A stretch of DNA of 64,000 bases, taken from an uncultured Verrucomicrobiae bacterium. GTDB taxonomy: Bacteria; Verrucomicrobiota; Verrucomicrobiia; Palsa-1439. The position numbers and the translations under genes were made by a program. Positions 17,761 to 26,847 of this stretch are shown here, piece by piece; position 1 is the first letter of the stretch, and each line of letters starts with the position of its first letter. Below the pieces are notes generated by a model, which saw only the letters and a program-made list of their open reading frames with translations, did not search any database and was not told where the DNA came from. The DNA lies in assembly GCA_963812605.1 (NCBI GenBank), contig CAWEWF010000004.1, positions 32,001 to 96,000 on the forward strand, in the 5' to 3' direction.

Positions 17761-18393
17761 CTACACGGGCTGCGGGGTGTAGCGAAGATACGGCTTCACT
17801 TTGCGAACGCCTTTGGGAAATAATTTCTCCGCATCCGTGTCGGACACCGCTGTCACGACGATGCAGTCCTGCCCTTGTTTCCAGTCCGCCGGCGTGGCCA
17901 GCTTGTGACGAGCCGTTAATTGCAGCGAATCGATCACCCGCAGGATTTCGGCAAAATTGCGGCCCGTGCTGGCCGGGTACGTCAGGGTCAATTTGATCTT
18001 CTTGTCGGGGCCAATGACAAACACCGACCGCACCGTGGCCTTGTCGTCCGCGTTCGGATGAATCATGTCATACGCCGTCGCGACCTGGCGTTTTTCATCC
18101 GCGATCACCGGGAAGTTCATCGTGCAGGCTTGCGTTTCATTGATGTCCTCGATCCAGTCGTGGTGCTTTTCCAGCGGGTCCACGCTGACCGCCATCACCT
18201 TGACATTCCGCTTTTCAAATTCGGTCTTGATCTTGGCCACCGTTCCGAGTTCGGTGGTGCAAACGGGAGTGAAATCGGCCGGATGCGAGAACAGGACGCC
18301 CCAGGAATCGCCCAGCCATCGGTGAAACTCAATCATCCCTTCGGTGGTGGGGGCTATAAAATTGGGAGCAACATCGCCTAATCGTAATGCCAT
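17761..18393 (-). CDS. 1-Cys peroxiredoxin (Prx6 family)
   Basis: FSHPADFTPVCTTE, YPASTGRNF and ATPADW motifs. Confidence 0.95.
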   Translation of the reverse strand: MALRLGDVAPNFIAPTTEGMIEFHRWLGDSWGVLFSHPADFTPVCTTELGTVAKIKTEFEKRNVKVMAVSVDPLEKHHDWIEDINETQACTMNFPVIADEKRQVATAYDMIHPNADDKATVRSVFVIGPDKKIKLTLTYPASTGRNFAEILRVIDSLQLTARHKLATPADWKQGQDCIVVTAVSDTDAEKLFPKGVRKVKPYLRYTPQPV

Positions 18394-18500
18394 AGTGGTA
18401 CCCTTCTCTTGTCGGACATTTCTGGATTGCTTACGTCCCGCGACTCTCGCTCGCCACATAGTATCCCCTCGCACAGTGCTTTCAAGTTTTTTGTGGGCCA

Positions 18501-18587
18501 CCGAAAGACATGCTCGTGGTCCTGCACTGCCATTCTGGTGACCGCAGTACTAGGGCACGGTTTTGGGTTCGCGGTTCACGGTTCACG
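18501..18587 (+). pseudogene. moeB 3'-end remnant 2 (PKDMLVVLHCHSG//PQY*) plus 3'-UTR homolog
   Basis: Matches 16379-16418, then CCGCAGTACTAG, then GGTTC repeats like 16540-16566. Confidence 0.85.
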
Positions 18588-18593
18588 ATCATT

Positions 18594-18620
18594 GTAGCCG
18601 CGAATCGCATTCGCGGCTAC
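18594..18620. repeat. REP-like palindrome GTAGCCGCGAATCGCATTCGCGGCTAC
   Basis: Perfect 12-bp stem bounded by GTAG/CTAC. Confidence 0.8.
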
Positions 18621-18726
18621 AAACGGCGGCTGGCTCGTCAATGGCCGTGTCCAGATGCGCCCGCATGTTCCTGCCACGATTCTGTGCGCTTGCCGGCATC
18701 TGGCCGCGTTGGCATACTCCGCGTCA

Positions 18727-19305
18727 ATGGCTTCGGAGAAAGACTTGGCGATTTCGGTTGAACGGCTCGGCGGTCTCATCTACGAGATTCGCGGCCAGAA
18801 GGTGATGCTTGACCGCGATTTGGCGATCGTCTATGGCGTCGCAACCCGAGATCTGAATAAGGCCGTGAAACGCAACCGCGACCGGTTCCCGGCGGATTTC
18901 GCATTTCAGCTTACCCGGCAAGAGGTTGCAGACTTGAAGTTCCAAATTGGAACATCAAGTTCGCAGCACGGTGGCCGGCGCAAACCGCCATGGGCGTTCA
19001 CCGAGCACGGCGCGATCATGGCCGCCAACGTGCTCAACAGCCCACGCGCCGCGCAGATGAGCGTCTTCGTAGTCCGCGCGTTCGTGAAGATGCGCGCGGT
19101 GCTATCAGACAACCGGGAACTCGCCGGCAAACTCGCTGCCTTGGAGAAGGAGCTTAAGGACCGCCTCGGCGTTCACGAAGCCGCCATCGTCACGATTCTC
19201 CAGCGCGTCATGGACATCATCGACCCGCCCGCCTTGCCGGAGCCGCCGAAGAAGGGCATCGGATTTCAGGTGAAGCAAGCCAAAACACGCTATCTGGTCC
19301 GCTAG
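18727..19305 (+). CDS. ORF6N (KilA-N-like) domain protein
   Basis: IRGQKVMLDRDLA..YGV, AVKRNRDRFPADF, AFTEHGA and VRAF motifs. Confidence 0.9.
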   Translation: MASEKDLAISVERLGGLIYEIRGQKVMLDRDLAIVYGVATRDLNKAVKRNRDRFPADFAFQLTRQEVADLKFQIGTSSSQHGGRRKPPWAFTEHGAIMAANVLNSPRAAQMSVFVVRAFVKMRAVLSDNRELAGKLAALEKELKDRLGVHEAAIVTILQRVMDIIDPPALPEPPKKGIGFQVKQAKTRYLVR

Positions 19306-19322
19306 CACGACTCGGGGCAAGT

Positions 19323-19391
19323 ACCGGGGGAATCGACGCCTGGGCCGAACGCATCGACCCGAACGTCCCGCAGTACTGAGGCGGTTGCAGG
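19323..19391 (+). pseudogene. moeB 3'-end remnant 3 (TGGIDAWAERIDPNVPQY*)
   Basis: Matches 16481-16537 (AGGINAWAERIDPDVPQY*) and the following GGCGGTT.CAGG. Confidence 0.95.
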
Positions 19392-19415
19392 AAACATGGT
19401 GCACCTTAACAATAT

Positions 19416-20030
19416 ATGAAACTGGCTAAGCTGCAAGAAACCAAGTCCACGATTCGCTTCCGTGCCAAGTTGTTTCGGCCCAAGGCAACCGAAAAGATTG
19501 GATCGTGGACCCTGCTAACTCTGCCCAAGAACGCGAGTGCGAAGCTTCCATCACGAGGCATGACGATGGTTGAGGGAACTATCAATGGCTTTCCTTTTCG
19601 AGCCGCTCTCGAACCAGACGGGAAAGGAAGTCACCGGCTCAGGGTTAACAAAGCCATGCACGATGCTGCAGACGCAGACGCTGGAGACACGGTAACGGTG
19701 GAGATTACGCGGGCCGGGGAAGAACCGGAGATCCGGGTGCCAATGGATCTACGCCAAGCCCTGGCAGCTGCCCCGCTGGCGCAGGCAGGGTGGGAGGACA
19801 TCACACCCATGGCGCGCCGGGACTGGATTTTCTCGATAAGCTCAGCCAAGCAACCGGAAACGCGTCGGCGCCGGATCGAGAAAGCGTGCGACATGCTGGC
19901 CTCTGGAAAGCGACGATTATGTTGTTTTCCCGGTATAAAGTGGCTTATGAAAAAAAACGCAAAATCATGCGGAATGTGGCTTCCCTTGCCGAACTCAAAA
20001 AATCGTTTTTCGTCGAGATCGACAAAGTAG
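19416..20030 (+). CDS. DUF1905 plus YdeI/OmpD-associated domain protein
   Basis: LPSRG...VEGTING, VPMDLRQAL, WI..AKQPETRRRRI motifs. Confidence 0.85.
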   Translation: MKLAKLQETKSTIRFRAKLFRPKATEKIGSWTLLTLPKNASAKLPSRGMTMVEGTINGFPFRAALEPDGKGSHRLRVNKAMHDAADADAGDTVTVEITRAGEEPEIRVPMDLRQALAAAPLAQAGWEDITPMARRDWIFSISSAKQPETRRRRIEKACDMLASGKRRLCCFPGIKWLMKKNAKSCGMWLPLPNSKNRFSSRSTK

Positions 20031-20099
20031 AAAACCGCCAAGATTTGGAGAAACTGCGCGTGAAGTATTTGAGTCATTGGTCACTGGGTCAACCCAGTA

Positions 20100-20240
20100 G
20101 AGGCCGTTGAAAAACCAATGAATCTTTGCCTCCGGTTGTAGGCCGACTCTGTGAGTCGGCGATTTCTTTAAGGATTTCGCCGCTTCGCAGAAGCGGCCTA
20201 CAGGCCGGGCGGTCGGAATGTGACATTTTTCAACAGCCTC
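20100..20240. mobile_element. MITE (141 bp) with 15-bp TIRs, AGTA target duplication and internal REP pair
   Basis: GAGGCCGTTGAAAAA ... TTTTTCAACAGCCTC (14/15); AGTA at 20096-20099 and 20241-20244. Confidence 0.8.
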
Positions 20241-20446
20241 AGTACACTGGGCAGTTGACGTAACTGGGACCCGCGCCCCTACAGGAAACTGACCGATTGC
20301 CGCAAAGCCGAGTCCGCGAGACCTGCGCAGCAAAACCATATTGTGGCGAGTCGTGCCGCGAATGTTGCGCTCCGATATCGTAAACCGATAATTTTGCTGG
20401 ACAGCGTGTTGGGGGATGGATATAGTCGGGGAACCGGGAACAAATG

Positions 20447-20820
20447 AACGCTCAACTTCCAACGCTCAACGCCCAATTTTCATGGGACCGGGGTAAAGGC
20501 GTCCGACTTCGCGAGGGCAGCAAATACCCCTCACCTCAATCCTTTTCCGTACACGACAACGGGTTTGCCGCGGAAGCACAACGTGCGGCGTCTCGCGGAC
20601 TCGGCTCGTCCAACTCGGCTCCCCCAAGAGGAGAGACAGGAGGCGAGCGGAGCGGCAAAGCTGCGACAAGTCGCAGCACTCCAAAGGGGGACGCCGGGCC
20701 GACCCGAAAGGCTACAGGCGGGACGCCTGTTCAACTCGAAAACGGAAGGACACGGGCGGGACGCCCGCGCCACTATCAGAGGGGAAGAGCCCCCCTATAT
20801 GTTTTTGCGAAACGAACCCA
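20447..20820. repeat. Cluster of short repeats and palindromes in a long intergenic region
   Basis: AACGCTC heptamers at 20447-20474; hairpins at 20657-20685, 20714-20736 and 20750-20775. Confidence 0.65.
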
Positions 20821-21015
20821 CCGGGAGGGGGTTTTGAGGGTCCTTTTTAATGAAAAGTGGATTTGTTTACGAAGAATAAAGCCATGTCGCGGGTACAAAG
20901 GACGGTGTTCGCGGAACGCCAACAGTCTTGTGATTCTGTGGCGCTCTCGGTAATGTCTGGCGAACCGATGGCGGCGATCCATCGGGTTCGAAACGCAATT
21001 AACGAGGATTCCATC

Positions 21016-22509
21016 ATGATCGACCAACCCATGACCCGTCGTGAAGCGTTGAAGACGGCGACTGCCATCGGCGTTTCTGCGGCGCTGTCTCCCCTGGCCG
21101 CGCTGGCGGACGCGGCCACGACCGAACCGGCGGTCCGCAGGGCCGCCACCATCTCCATTGCGACGAGCCCGGCTCCGTTTGCGCGCCAGGACGTCGGCAA
21201 GCTGCTCGACGACCTCCAACAACGGGCGGGCGTGAATGTGATCCTCCCGTTCATGTATACCCACGGAGCGGTGCGGGCGGGTCTGCCGGCGGAGGGATTT
21301 CGCGGCGGAAATTTCGCCATCCCGCACATGGAATATTACAAGGACACGGGCCTCACGTACGACGATATGCGCGGCACGGAATTTGGCGATGTGGATGTGT
21401 TCGCCCGCCTGATTCCCGCGGCCCACAAACGCGGCATCAAGACTTTCGGGTGGATCATCGAGGACAACCGACGCCCCGCCATCCCGCATTGGGAACCGCT
21501 GTACGAGGTTGATTTCTATGGCCGGCGCGCGGAAAGCCATCCCGGCGGCCCGTGCTACAATAATCCCCGCTATCGCGCCTGGCTTCTGGGACTCGTGGAA
21601 GATTACGCCCATTCCTATGAAATCGATGGCATCATGTGGGGATCGGAACGGCAGGGCGCATTCTTCAATGCGCTCGGCGCCCAGCTTGATGGCGCAAAGA
21701 CCGATCCCGGCAAGGTCACCTGCTTCTGCATATACTGTGTGAAGAAAGCCGAGGGCCTGGGGATCGACGTTGAGCGGGCGCGGCGCGGGTTCGGGGAACT
21801 GGAAACGTTCGTCCGCAACGGCCGGGCCAATCAGCGTCCCCGGGACGGATACTTTGTCGTTTTCTGGCGGCTGTTGCTAAAGTACCCCGAACTGCTGGCG
21901 TGGGACAACCTGTGGGTCACCAGCCGTCATGAAATGCAACGCGATCTTTACCAGAAGATCAAATCGATCAAGCCGTCGCTCATCGTCGGCTGGCACTTGT
22001 GGCACAATTTGTCGTTCAGCCCATTTCACCGGGCGGAAGAAGACTACGCGGAGATGACCGGCTGGTCTGATTTCATCCGGCCCGCGCTGTATAGCAATTG
22101 CGCCGGCGAACGCATGCGCAGCTTCGTGGACAGCACGCATGGCAACGTCTTTGGCGACGTGCCTCCCGGCCAAACGCTCGATCTGCTGTACCGGGTGCTC
22201 GATTACCAGGAAGCACCGTACGACAAGGTGACGTCCACGGGGTTCACTGCCGACTATGTTCTGCGGGAAACCCGGCGTACGCTGGAAGGCGTCGCCGGCA
22301 CGTCGACGCAGGTCTGGCCGGGGATCGACATCGACGTACCCGTGCACGCTGGTACCAGCCAATGCACGCCGGAGAGCGTCAAACAGGAAGTGCTCGCCGT
22401 CTTCAAGGCCGGCGCCCAGGGAATCATGCTCTCACGCAACTATGTTGAGATGAAACCCGAGAACCTCGCCGGTGCCGGCGCCGCATTGCGGGAACTCGGA
22501 CTGCGTTGA
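21016..22509 (+). CDS. Tat-exported hypothetical protein (glycoside-hydrolase-like TIM barrel)
   Basis: TRREALK twin-arginine signal; CYNNP.YR and YEIDGIMWGSER motifs. Confidence 0.7.
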   Translation: MIDQPMTRREALKTATAIGVSAALSPLAALADAATTEPAVRRAATISIATSPAPFARQDVGKLLDDLQQRAGVNVILPFMYTHGAVRAGLPAEGFRGGNFAIPHMEYYKDTGLTYDDMRGTEFGDVDVFARLIPAAHKRGIKTFGWIIEDNRRPAIPHWEPLYEVDFYGRRAESHPGGPCYNNPRYRAWLLGLVEDYAHSYEIDGIMWGSERQGAFFNALGAQLDGAKTDPGKVTCFCIYCVKKAEGLGIDVERARRGFGELETFVRNGRANQRPRDGYFVVFWRLLLKYPELLAWDNLWVTSRHEMQRDLYQKIKSIKPSLIVGWHLWHNLSFSPFHRAEEDYAEMTGWSDFIRPALYSNCAGERMRSFVDSTHGNVFGDVPPGQTLDLLYRVLDYQEAPYDKVTSTGFTADYVLRETRRTLEGVAGTSTQVWPGIDIDVPVHAGTSQCTPESVKQEVLAVFKAGAQGIMLSRNYVEMKPENLAGAGAALRELGLR

Positions 22510-22525
22510 CCACGAGGAGAATTGT

Positions 22526-23509
22526 ATGCGCTATCGGAATTTGGGGCGGACAGGTTGGAAAGTTTCTGAAATCAGCTTCGGCGCTTGGGCCATCGGCGGA
22601 ACCTGGGGAGCTGTCGACGACCAGGAATCGATTGCGGCGCTTCATCGCGCAATCGATCTGGGCATAAACTTCATCGACACCGCTGACGTGTACGGCGACG
22701 GGCGTAGCGAGCGGCTTGTCGGCAAAGTGGTCCGGGAACGTTCCGAGAAGATCATCGTGGCGACAAAAGCGGGCCGGCGTCTTTCGCCACACACTGCGGA
22801 CGGCTACAACAAGCGCAATCTCACCGGCTTCATCGAACGCAGCCTGCGGAATCTCGGCACCGATTGTCTCGACCTGCTGCAATTGCACTGTCCGCCAACG
22901 GAAGTGTATTACCGGCCGGAAGTTTTCGAGGCATTGGACGACATCGCGAAGGCCGGCAAGATCCATCATTACGGCGTCAGCGTCGCGACCGTGGAAGAAG
23001 GACTGAAAGCCATCGATTACCCGCATGTCCAGAGCGTGCAGATTATCTTCAACATGTTCCGGCATCGTCCCGCCGAATTGTTCTTCGCGGAGGCCAAACG
23101 CCGCAAGGTCGGCATTTTAGCGCGTGTCCCGCTCGCGAGCGGTTTGCTGACCGGTAAGATGACGCGGCAAACAAAATTCAGCGCGGACGATCACCGGAAG
23201 TTTAATCGTCACGGCGAAGCTTTCGACCGCGGCGAAACTTTCTCCGGCGTGGACTACGAGACCGGATTGAAAGCCGTGGAAGAACTGAAACGGCTCACCC
23301 CGAAAGGCGCGACCCTCGCACAATTCGCGCTGCGTTGGATTCTCATGTTCGACGCCGTAACCTGCGCCATCCCCGGCGCCAAACGTCCCGACCAAGCCGA
23401 GCAAAACATCCGCGCCTCTTCACTTCCCCGCCTGAACCGCGCCACGATGCTGAAAGTCGAGGCCATCTACAACAAATACATTCGCCCCCAAGTGCATCAT
23501 CGATGGTAA
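22526..23509 (+). CDS. Aldo/keto reductase
   Basis: GINFIDTADVYG, SLRNLGTDCLDLLQLH and PLASGLLTGK motifs. Confidence 0.95.
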   Translation: MRYRNLGRTGWKVSEISFGAWAIGGTWGAVDDQESIAALHRAIDLGINFIDTADVYGDGRSERLVGKVVRERSEKIIVATKAGRRLSPHTADGYNKRNLTGFIERSLRNLGTDCLDLLQLHCPPTEVYYRPEVFEALDDIAKAGKIHHYGVSVATVEEGLKAIDYPHVQSVQIIFNMFRHRPAELFFAEAKRRKVGILARVPLASGLLTGKMTRQTKFSADDHRKFNRHGEAFDRGETFSGVDYETGLKAVEELKRLTPKGATLAQFALRWILMFDAVTCAIPGAKRPDQAEQNIRASSLPRLNRATMLKVEAIYNKYIRPQVHHRW

Positions 23510-23514
23510 GGGAC

Positions 23515-23832
23515 TCACAACTCCGTGGCAAAGCGGAGCGCCAGCTTGATCTTGGCAAGCAAGTCCGGGCTCAGCGTGCCGATCTTACGTTCCAGTCGCA
23601 CGGTAGGCACCGAGCCGATGCCCTGCACGTTGGCCACCGTTTTTTCTTTCAGGAAAGTCTGATCACCGAGAACGACTTCGTAAGAGCTGTCGCGATTTTG
23701 CGTCGTGAGAGGGACATAAATGACCAGAGCACGCGGAGCCTGGGGATCGTAACGGGAAAGAATGACAACAGGGCGGGTCTTCGCAGCCAAGCCGAGATCG
23801 GCCATCCAGACTTCACCGGGTTTCGCGTTCAT
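23515..23832 (-). CDS. PemK/MazF family toxin
   Basis: GEVWMADLG..AKTRPVVILS...VPLTT. Confidence 0.85.
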   Translation of the reverse strand: MNAKPGEVWMADLGLAAKTRPVVILSRYDPQAPRALVIYVPLTTQNRDSSYEVVLGDQTFLKEKTVANVQGIGSVPTVRLERKIGTLSPDLLAKIKLALRFATEL

Positions 23833-23998
23833 CGAGAATATTGAGCACGTCTTGCTCGGCTTCCCGCGAGCGCGCCACATCCAGCGCATCGCGATCAGCC
23901 AACTCTATGATCTCGGCGACGCGACGCTCCACTTCCTTGGCGGTCTGTGGCTGCCATTGCTTCAGCTTGTCGTCGAGCTTTTGGGCGATTGCCGTCAT
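23813..23998 (-). CDS. Putative antitoxin
   Basis: 61-aa ORF overlapping the toxin start. Confidence 0.6.
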   Translation of the reverse strand: MTAIAQKLDDKLKQWQPQTAKEVERRVAEIIELADRDALDVARSREAEQDVLNILDERETR

Positions 23999-24048
23999 GC
24001 GCCTGTAAGATTAGTCCGTATTCCATCCAACGTTAATCCGCGCTACGA

Positions 24049-25248
24049 CTACTCTTTTGCCCCGTGTTGGCGCAACAAATCGACTGCGTCCATCCGTTTG
24101 ATTTGCAGGGCAAATTGCAGCGGCGTTTTGCCATCCGGCCCCTTGGCGTTTGGATCAGCGCCGGCCTGCAAGAGGTAGGCAAGATTTTCGGCCGTTCGCT
24201 GTCCCGCGGCTCTCATCAACGCAGTCTGCCCGCGCCCGTCGGCCGCATTGACATTGCCACCGGCCTGCACGAAAGCCCGGAGCCAATCGAGGTCGGCCAT
24301 GGCGGCGTGCACGGTGACTTGATCCAGCAATTGCGGTGCAGCCGTGGCCACCAGACCGGCCAGTTCCGCGGGTCCTTTGTCCGCCGCCGCCAGTAGCGCT
24401 TCACCCGACGGCCATTGCGGGGCGGCACATTGCTTGACCATCCTCTTAATCGATGAGTCCATCTTCTTTCGCACCTGGGCCAGAACGGCCTGGCTATTGG
24501 CACCCGGTATCGCCGCCAGACCGGCGGCAAGAGCGTGCGAACTCCGGGCCGACATCATCATTCCGATGGCCAGACAATAAAGCTCTGCCGTTGCTGGGCT
24601 TTTCGCCGCGGGGGGAGCGGCTGCGGCGGCCTCCGCAATTCTCTCCTGATCGTCAACTCGCTCCGCTTCCGTAATGCCCTTGCCAACGAGGCGGAACGTT
24701 TGCGCGTCTTCCAGGCTTTCGGCTCCTTCCTCCTTGAAGTATTTGAAGCCCAAGTGAAGCCGCGCCTGGTCCATGCCCAGCAGCGGCGCGAGGTCCACCA
24801 GGATCTCCTCGGCAAACCCGTATTCGTCCGGACGATGAAGTATCTTGTCAACGTCTTCGAGCCGCGTGCCGCTGACGCAATGGTTCAGAATCGCCTGCGG
24901 GTTGCCACGACACCGTTTCCGCGTCTTCTCATTCGCGGGTTCAAAATAATCCGGATTCGAATTATATTCGTCCGCAATCTCACCCCGCTCATAAAGGTAA
25001 TAAATCAGGATGTCGCTATCGTGGTCGAGAAAGGCGAAGACCGTCGTGGAAAGCTCCTTGGAAATGACCTTGGCGAGACGTTGCAGCTCTCGCTCGTCCT
25101 GGTCGTCGGAAGTCTCGTCATAGACGGTCACCCAGCCATCTTTTGGAGGGGAAACATAGGCGCGCGTCTTTACTGAACGAGCCACGACATCCATCACCTT
25201 TTCCGCCGAATCGGAACGCACCTGATAATTTGTGAAGAATGCACCCAT
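24049..25248 (-). CDS. Ankyrin-repeat protein with unknown N-terminal domain
   Basis: GQTALMRAA, GADPNAK and GKTPL ankyrin motifs. Confidence 0.8.
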   Translation of the reverse strand: MGAFFTNYQVRSDSAEKVMDVVARSVKTRAYVSPPKDGWVTVYDETSDDQDERELQRLAKVISKELSTTVFAFLDHDSDILIYYLYERGEIADEYNSNPDYFEPANEKTRKRCRGNPQAILNHCVSGTRLEDVDKILHRPDEYGFAEEILVDLAPLLGMDQARLHLGFKYFKEEGAESLEDAQTFRLVGKGITEAERVDDQERIAEAAAAAPPAAKSPATAELYCLAIGMMMSARSSHALAAGLAAIPGANSQAVLAQVRKKMDSSIKRMVKQCAAPQWPSGEALLAAADKGPAELAGLVATAAPQLLDQVTVHAAMADLDWLRAFVQAGGNVNAADGRGQTALMRAAGQRTAENLAYLLQAGADPNAKGPDGKTPLQFALQIKRMDAVDLLRQHGAKE

Positions 25249-25301
25249 GGTTGCCGGTAGAAGTTTAAGACAGCGAACGCCTCGAAGGTCAACGGCAGAT
25301 T

Positions 25302-25326
25302 CGGCGCTTCACAGAACCGCCGCTAC
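25302..25326. repeat. REP-like unit CGGCGCTTCACAGAACCGCCGCTAC
   Basis: Same family as 57280-57304 and the MITE-internal units. Confidence 0.7.
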
Positions 25327-25343
25327 AACAGTATATTGCCAAC

Positions 25344-26129
25344 ATGTCCATTCATCCGACAGCCATCATCAGCAAGACGGCGGAACTCGATTCGTCGGTT
25401 GACGTGGGAGCGAATGCGATCATCGAGGAGCACGTGAAGATTGGCGCGGGGACGCGGATTTGGGCGAATGCGTATCTCACGGGACACACGGAGATCGGGC
25501 GGGACAATGAAATCCACATGGGCGCGGTGATCGGGCATGAACCGCAGGATTTGAAATTCGACCGCACATGCCGCAGTTATTTGAAGATCGGCGACCGCAA
25601 CGTATTTCGCGAATATTGCACGGTGCATCGCGGGACGGAGCCGGAGAGCGCGACGGTCATCGGCAACGAGTGCTACCTGATGGCGACGGCGCATGTCGGC
25701 CACAATTGCGTCATCGGCAACCACGTGATCATCTGCAATTGCGCCTTGGTCGCGGGGCATGTCCATATCGGCGACCGCGCGTTCATTTCCGGCGGTGTGG
25801 TGATTCACCAATTCACGCGTGTGGGACGCCTGGCGATGTTTTCGGGCAACGCGCGCGTCTCGATGGACGTGCCGCCGTTCACACTGGCGGCGGAGCGAAA
25901 CGAGATTCACGCGCTGAACCTGGTGGGCCTGCGGCGGATGAAAATCTCTCGCGAAGCAATTGCGGAATTGAAGCAACTTTACCAGTTGTTCTATCTATCA
26001 GGTTCAAACGGCACACAAGCCTTGAAGGAAGCATCGGCGGATGGCGCGTACAAAACAACCGAGGCCCGGGAATTCATCGAGTTCGTGCGCCACTCGCCGA
26101 ACGGGATTTGTCCACCGCCGCGGACGTAA
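25344..26129 (+). CDS. lpxA: Acyl-ACP:UDP-GlcNAc O-acyltransferase
   Basis: IHPTAII, PQDLKF, VHRGT, AHVGHNC and IHQF hexapeptide-repeat motifs. Confidence 0.92.
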   Translation: MSIHPTAIISKTAELDSSVDVGANAIIEEHVKIGAGTRIWANAYLTGHTEIGRDNEIHMGAVIGHEPQDLKFDRTCRSYLKIGDRNVFREYCTVHRGTEPESATVIGNECYLMATAHVGHNCVIGNHVIICNCALVAGHVHIGDRAFISGGVVIHQFTRVGRLAMFSGNARVSMDVPPFTLAAERNEIHALNLVGLRRMKISREAIAELKQLYQLFYLSGSNGTQALKEASADGAYKTTEAREFIEFVRHSPNGICPPPRT

Positions 26130-26195
26130 GTTGGCTTGTAAGAAACGGGCGCCACACCGACACGCAAGCCAATTATTATACGGATTGCATGGATA

Positions 26196-26840
26196 TTAGT
26201 TGATTTTTGATTTCTCCTCCAGGAACTGTCTTGTGCGGGGCTTGCGACCCAGCTCCGCATCCCAAAGCCCCCACATAACCTGCTGACCCGCGATGATTTG
26301 TTCGCCGCTTAAGCGGACGCGCTCGGCTCCTTTCAGTGATGCGCCCGCCAATGAACGAAGCACTTTGCTTACTCCCGCTGCTGCCTCCCATTTGGGCGCC
26401 CAACCCGCAGCGGACAACAACTGAATTTCGAACCAGATCAATAAAACCGCATTGGTTCGCCGTTCCAGCGCATCCAGGATTGCCGCTAATAGCAAATAGA
26501 TCCTCACGTTCGGATCTTCGCGTTCCGTCGCCATTTCGACCAGTTCGCAGGCATAAGACGCGGCGGCCAATGACTCGACCGACTCTCGCAATCGCCTATG
26601 CGGCTCTTCCAGGAAGCAATCGTGCAAGAGATGTAAATCGCTTCGCCGGCTCGGCAAAAAAACAATCTCATCGCAGTAGAACAGATCGATCTTTCCCTGA
26701 AACGGCCCTTTCGGTCGACGAGCGCCTTTCGCCAGCGTCTTCAGTTTGCCAAATTCCCGCGTGTACCACGTGACAATCAGGCTGGACTCCGTGACGGATT
26801 GACGACGCAAGACGATCCCTTCGGCGCGCTCAGTATCCAT
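26196..26840 (-). CDS. recO: DNA repair protein RecO
   Basis: GIVLR...ESSLIV..YTREFGK...AKGARR. Confidence 0.9.
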   Translation of the reverse strand: MDTERAEGIVLRRQSVTESSLIVTWYTREFGKLKTLAKGARRPKGPFQGKIDLFYCDEIVFLPSRRSDLHLLHDCFLEEPHRRLRESVESLAAASYACELVEMATEREDPNVRIYLLLAAILDALERRTNAVLLIWFEIQLLSAAGWAPKWEAAAGVSKVLRSLAGASLKGAERVRLSGEQIIAGQQVMWGLWDAELGRKPRTRQFLEEKSKIN

Positions 26841-26847
26841 GCGCGGG

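Noticed and set aside
25323-25340. TACAACAGTATATT resembling the aldo/keto reductase 3' end
   Set aside because: Better explained as a REP end plus the lpxA -10 box.
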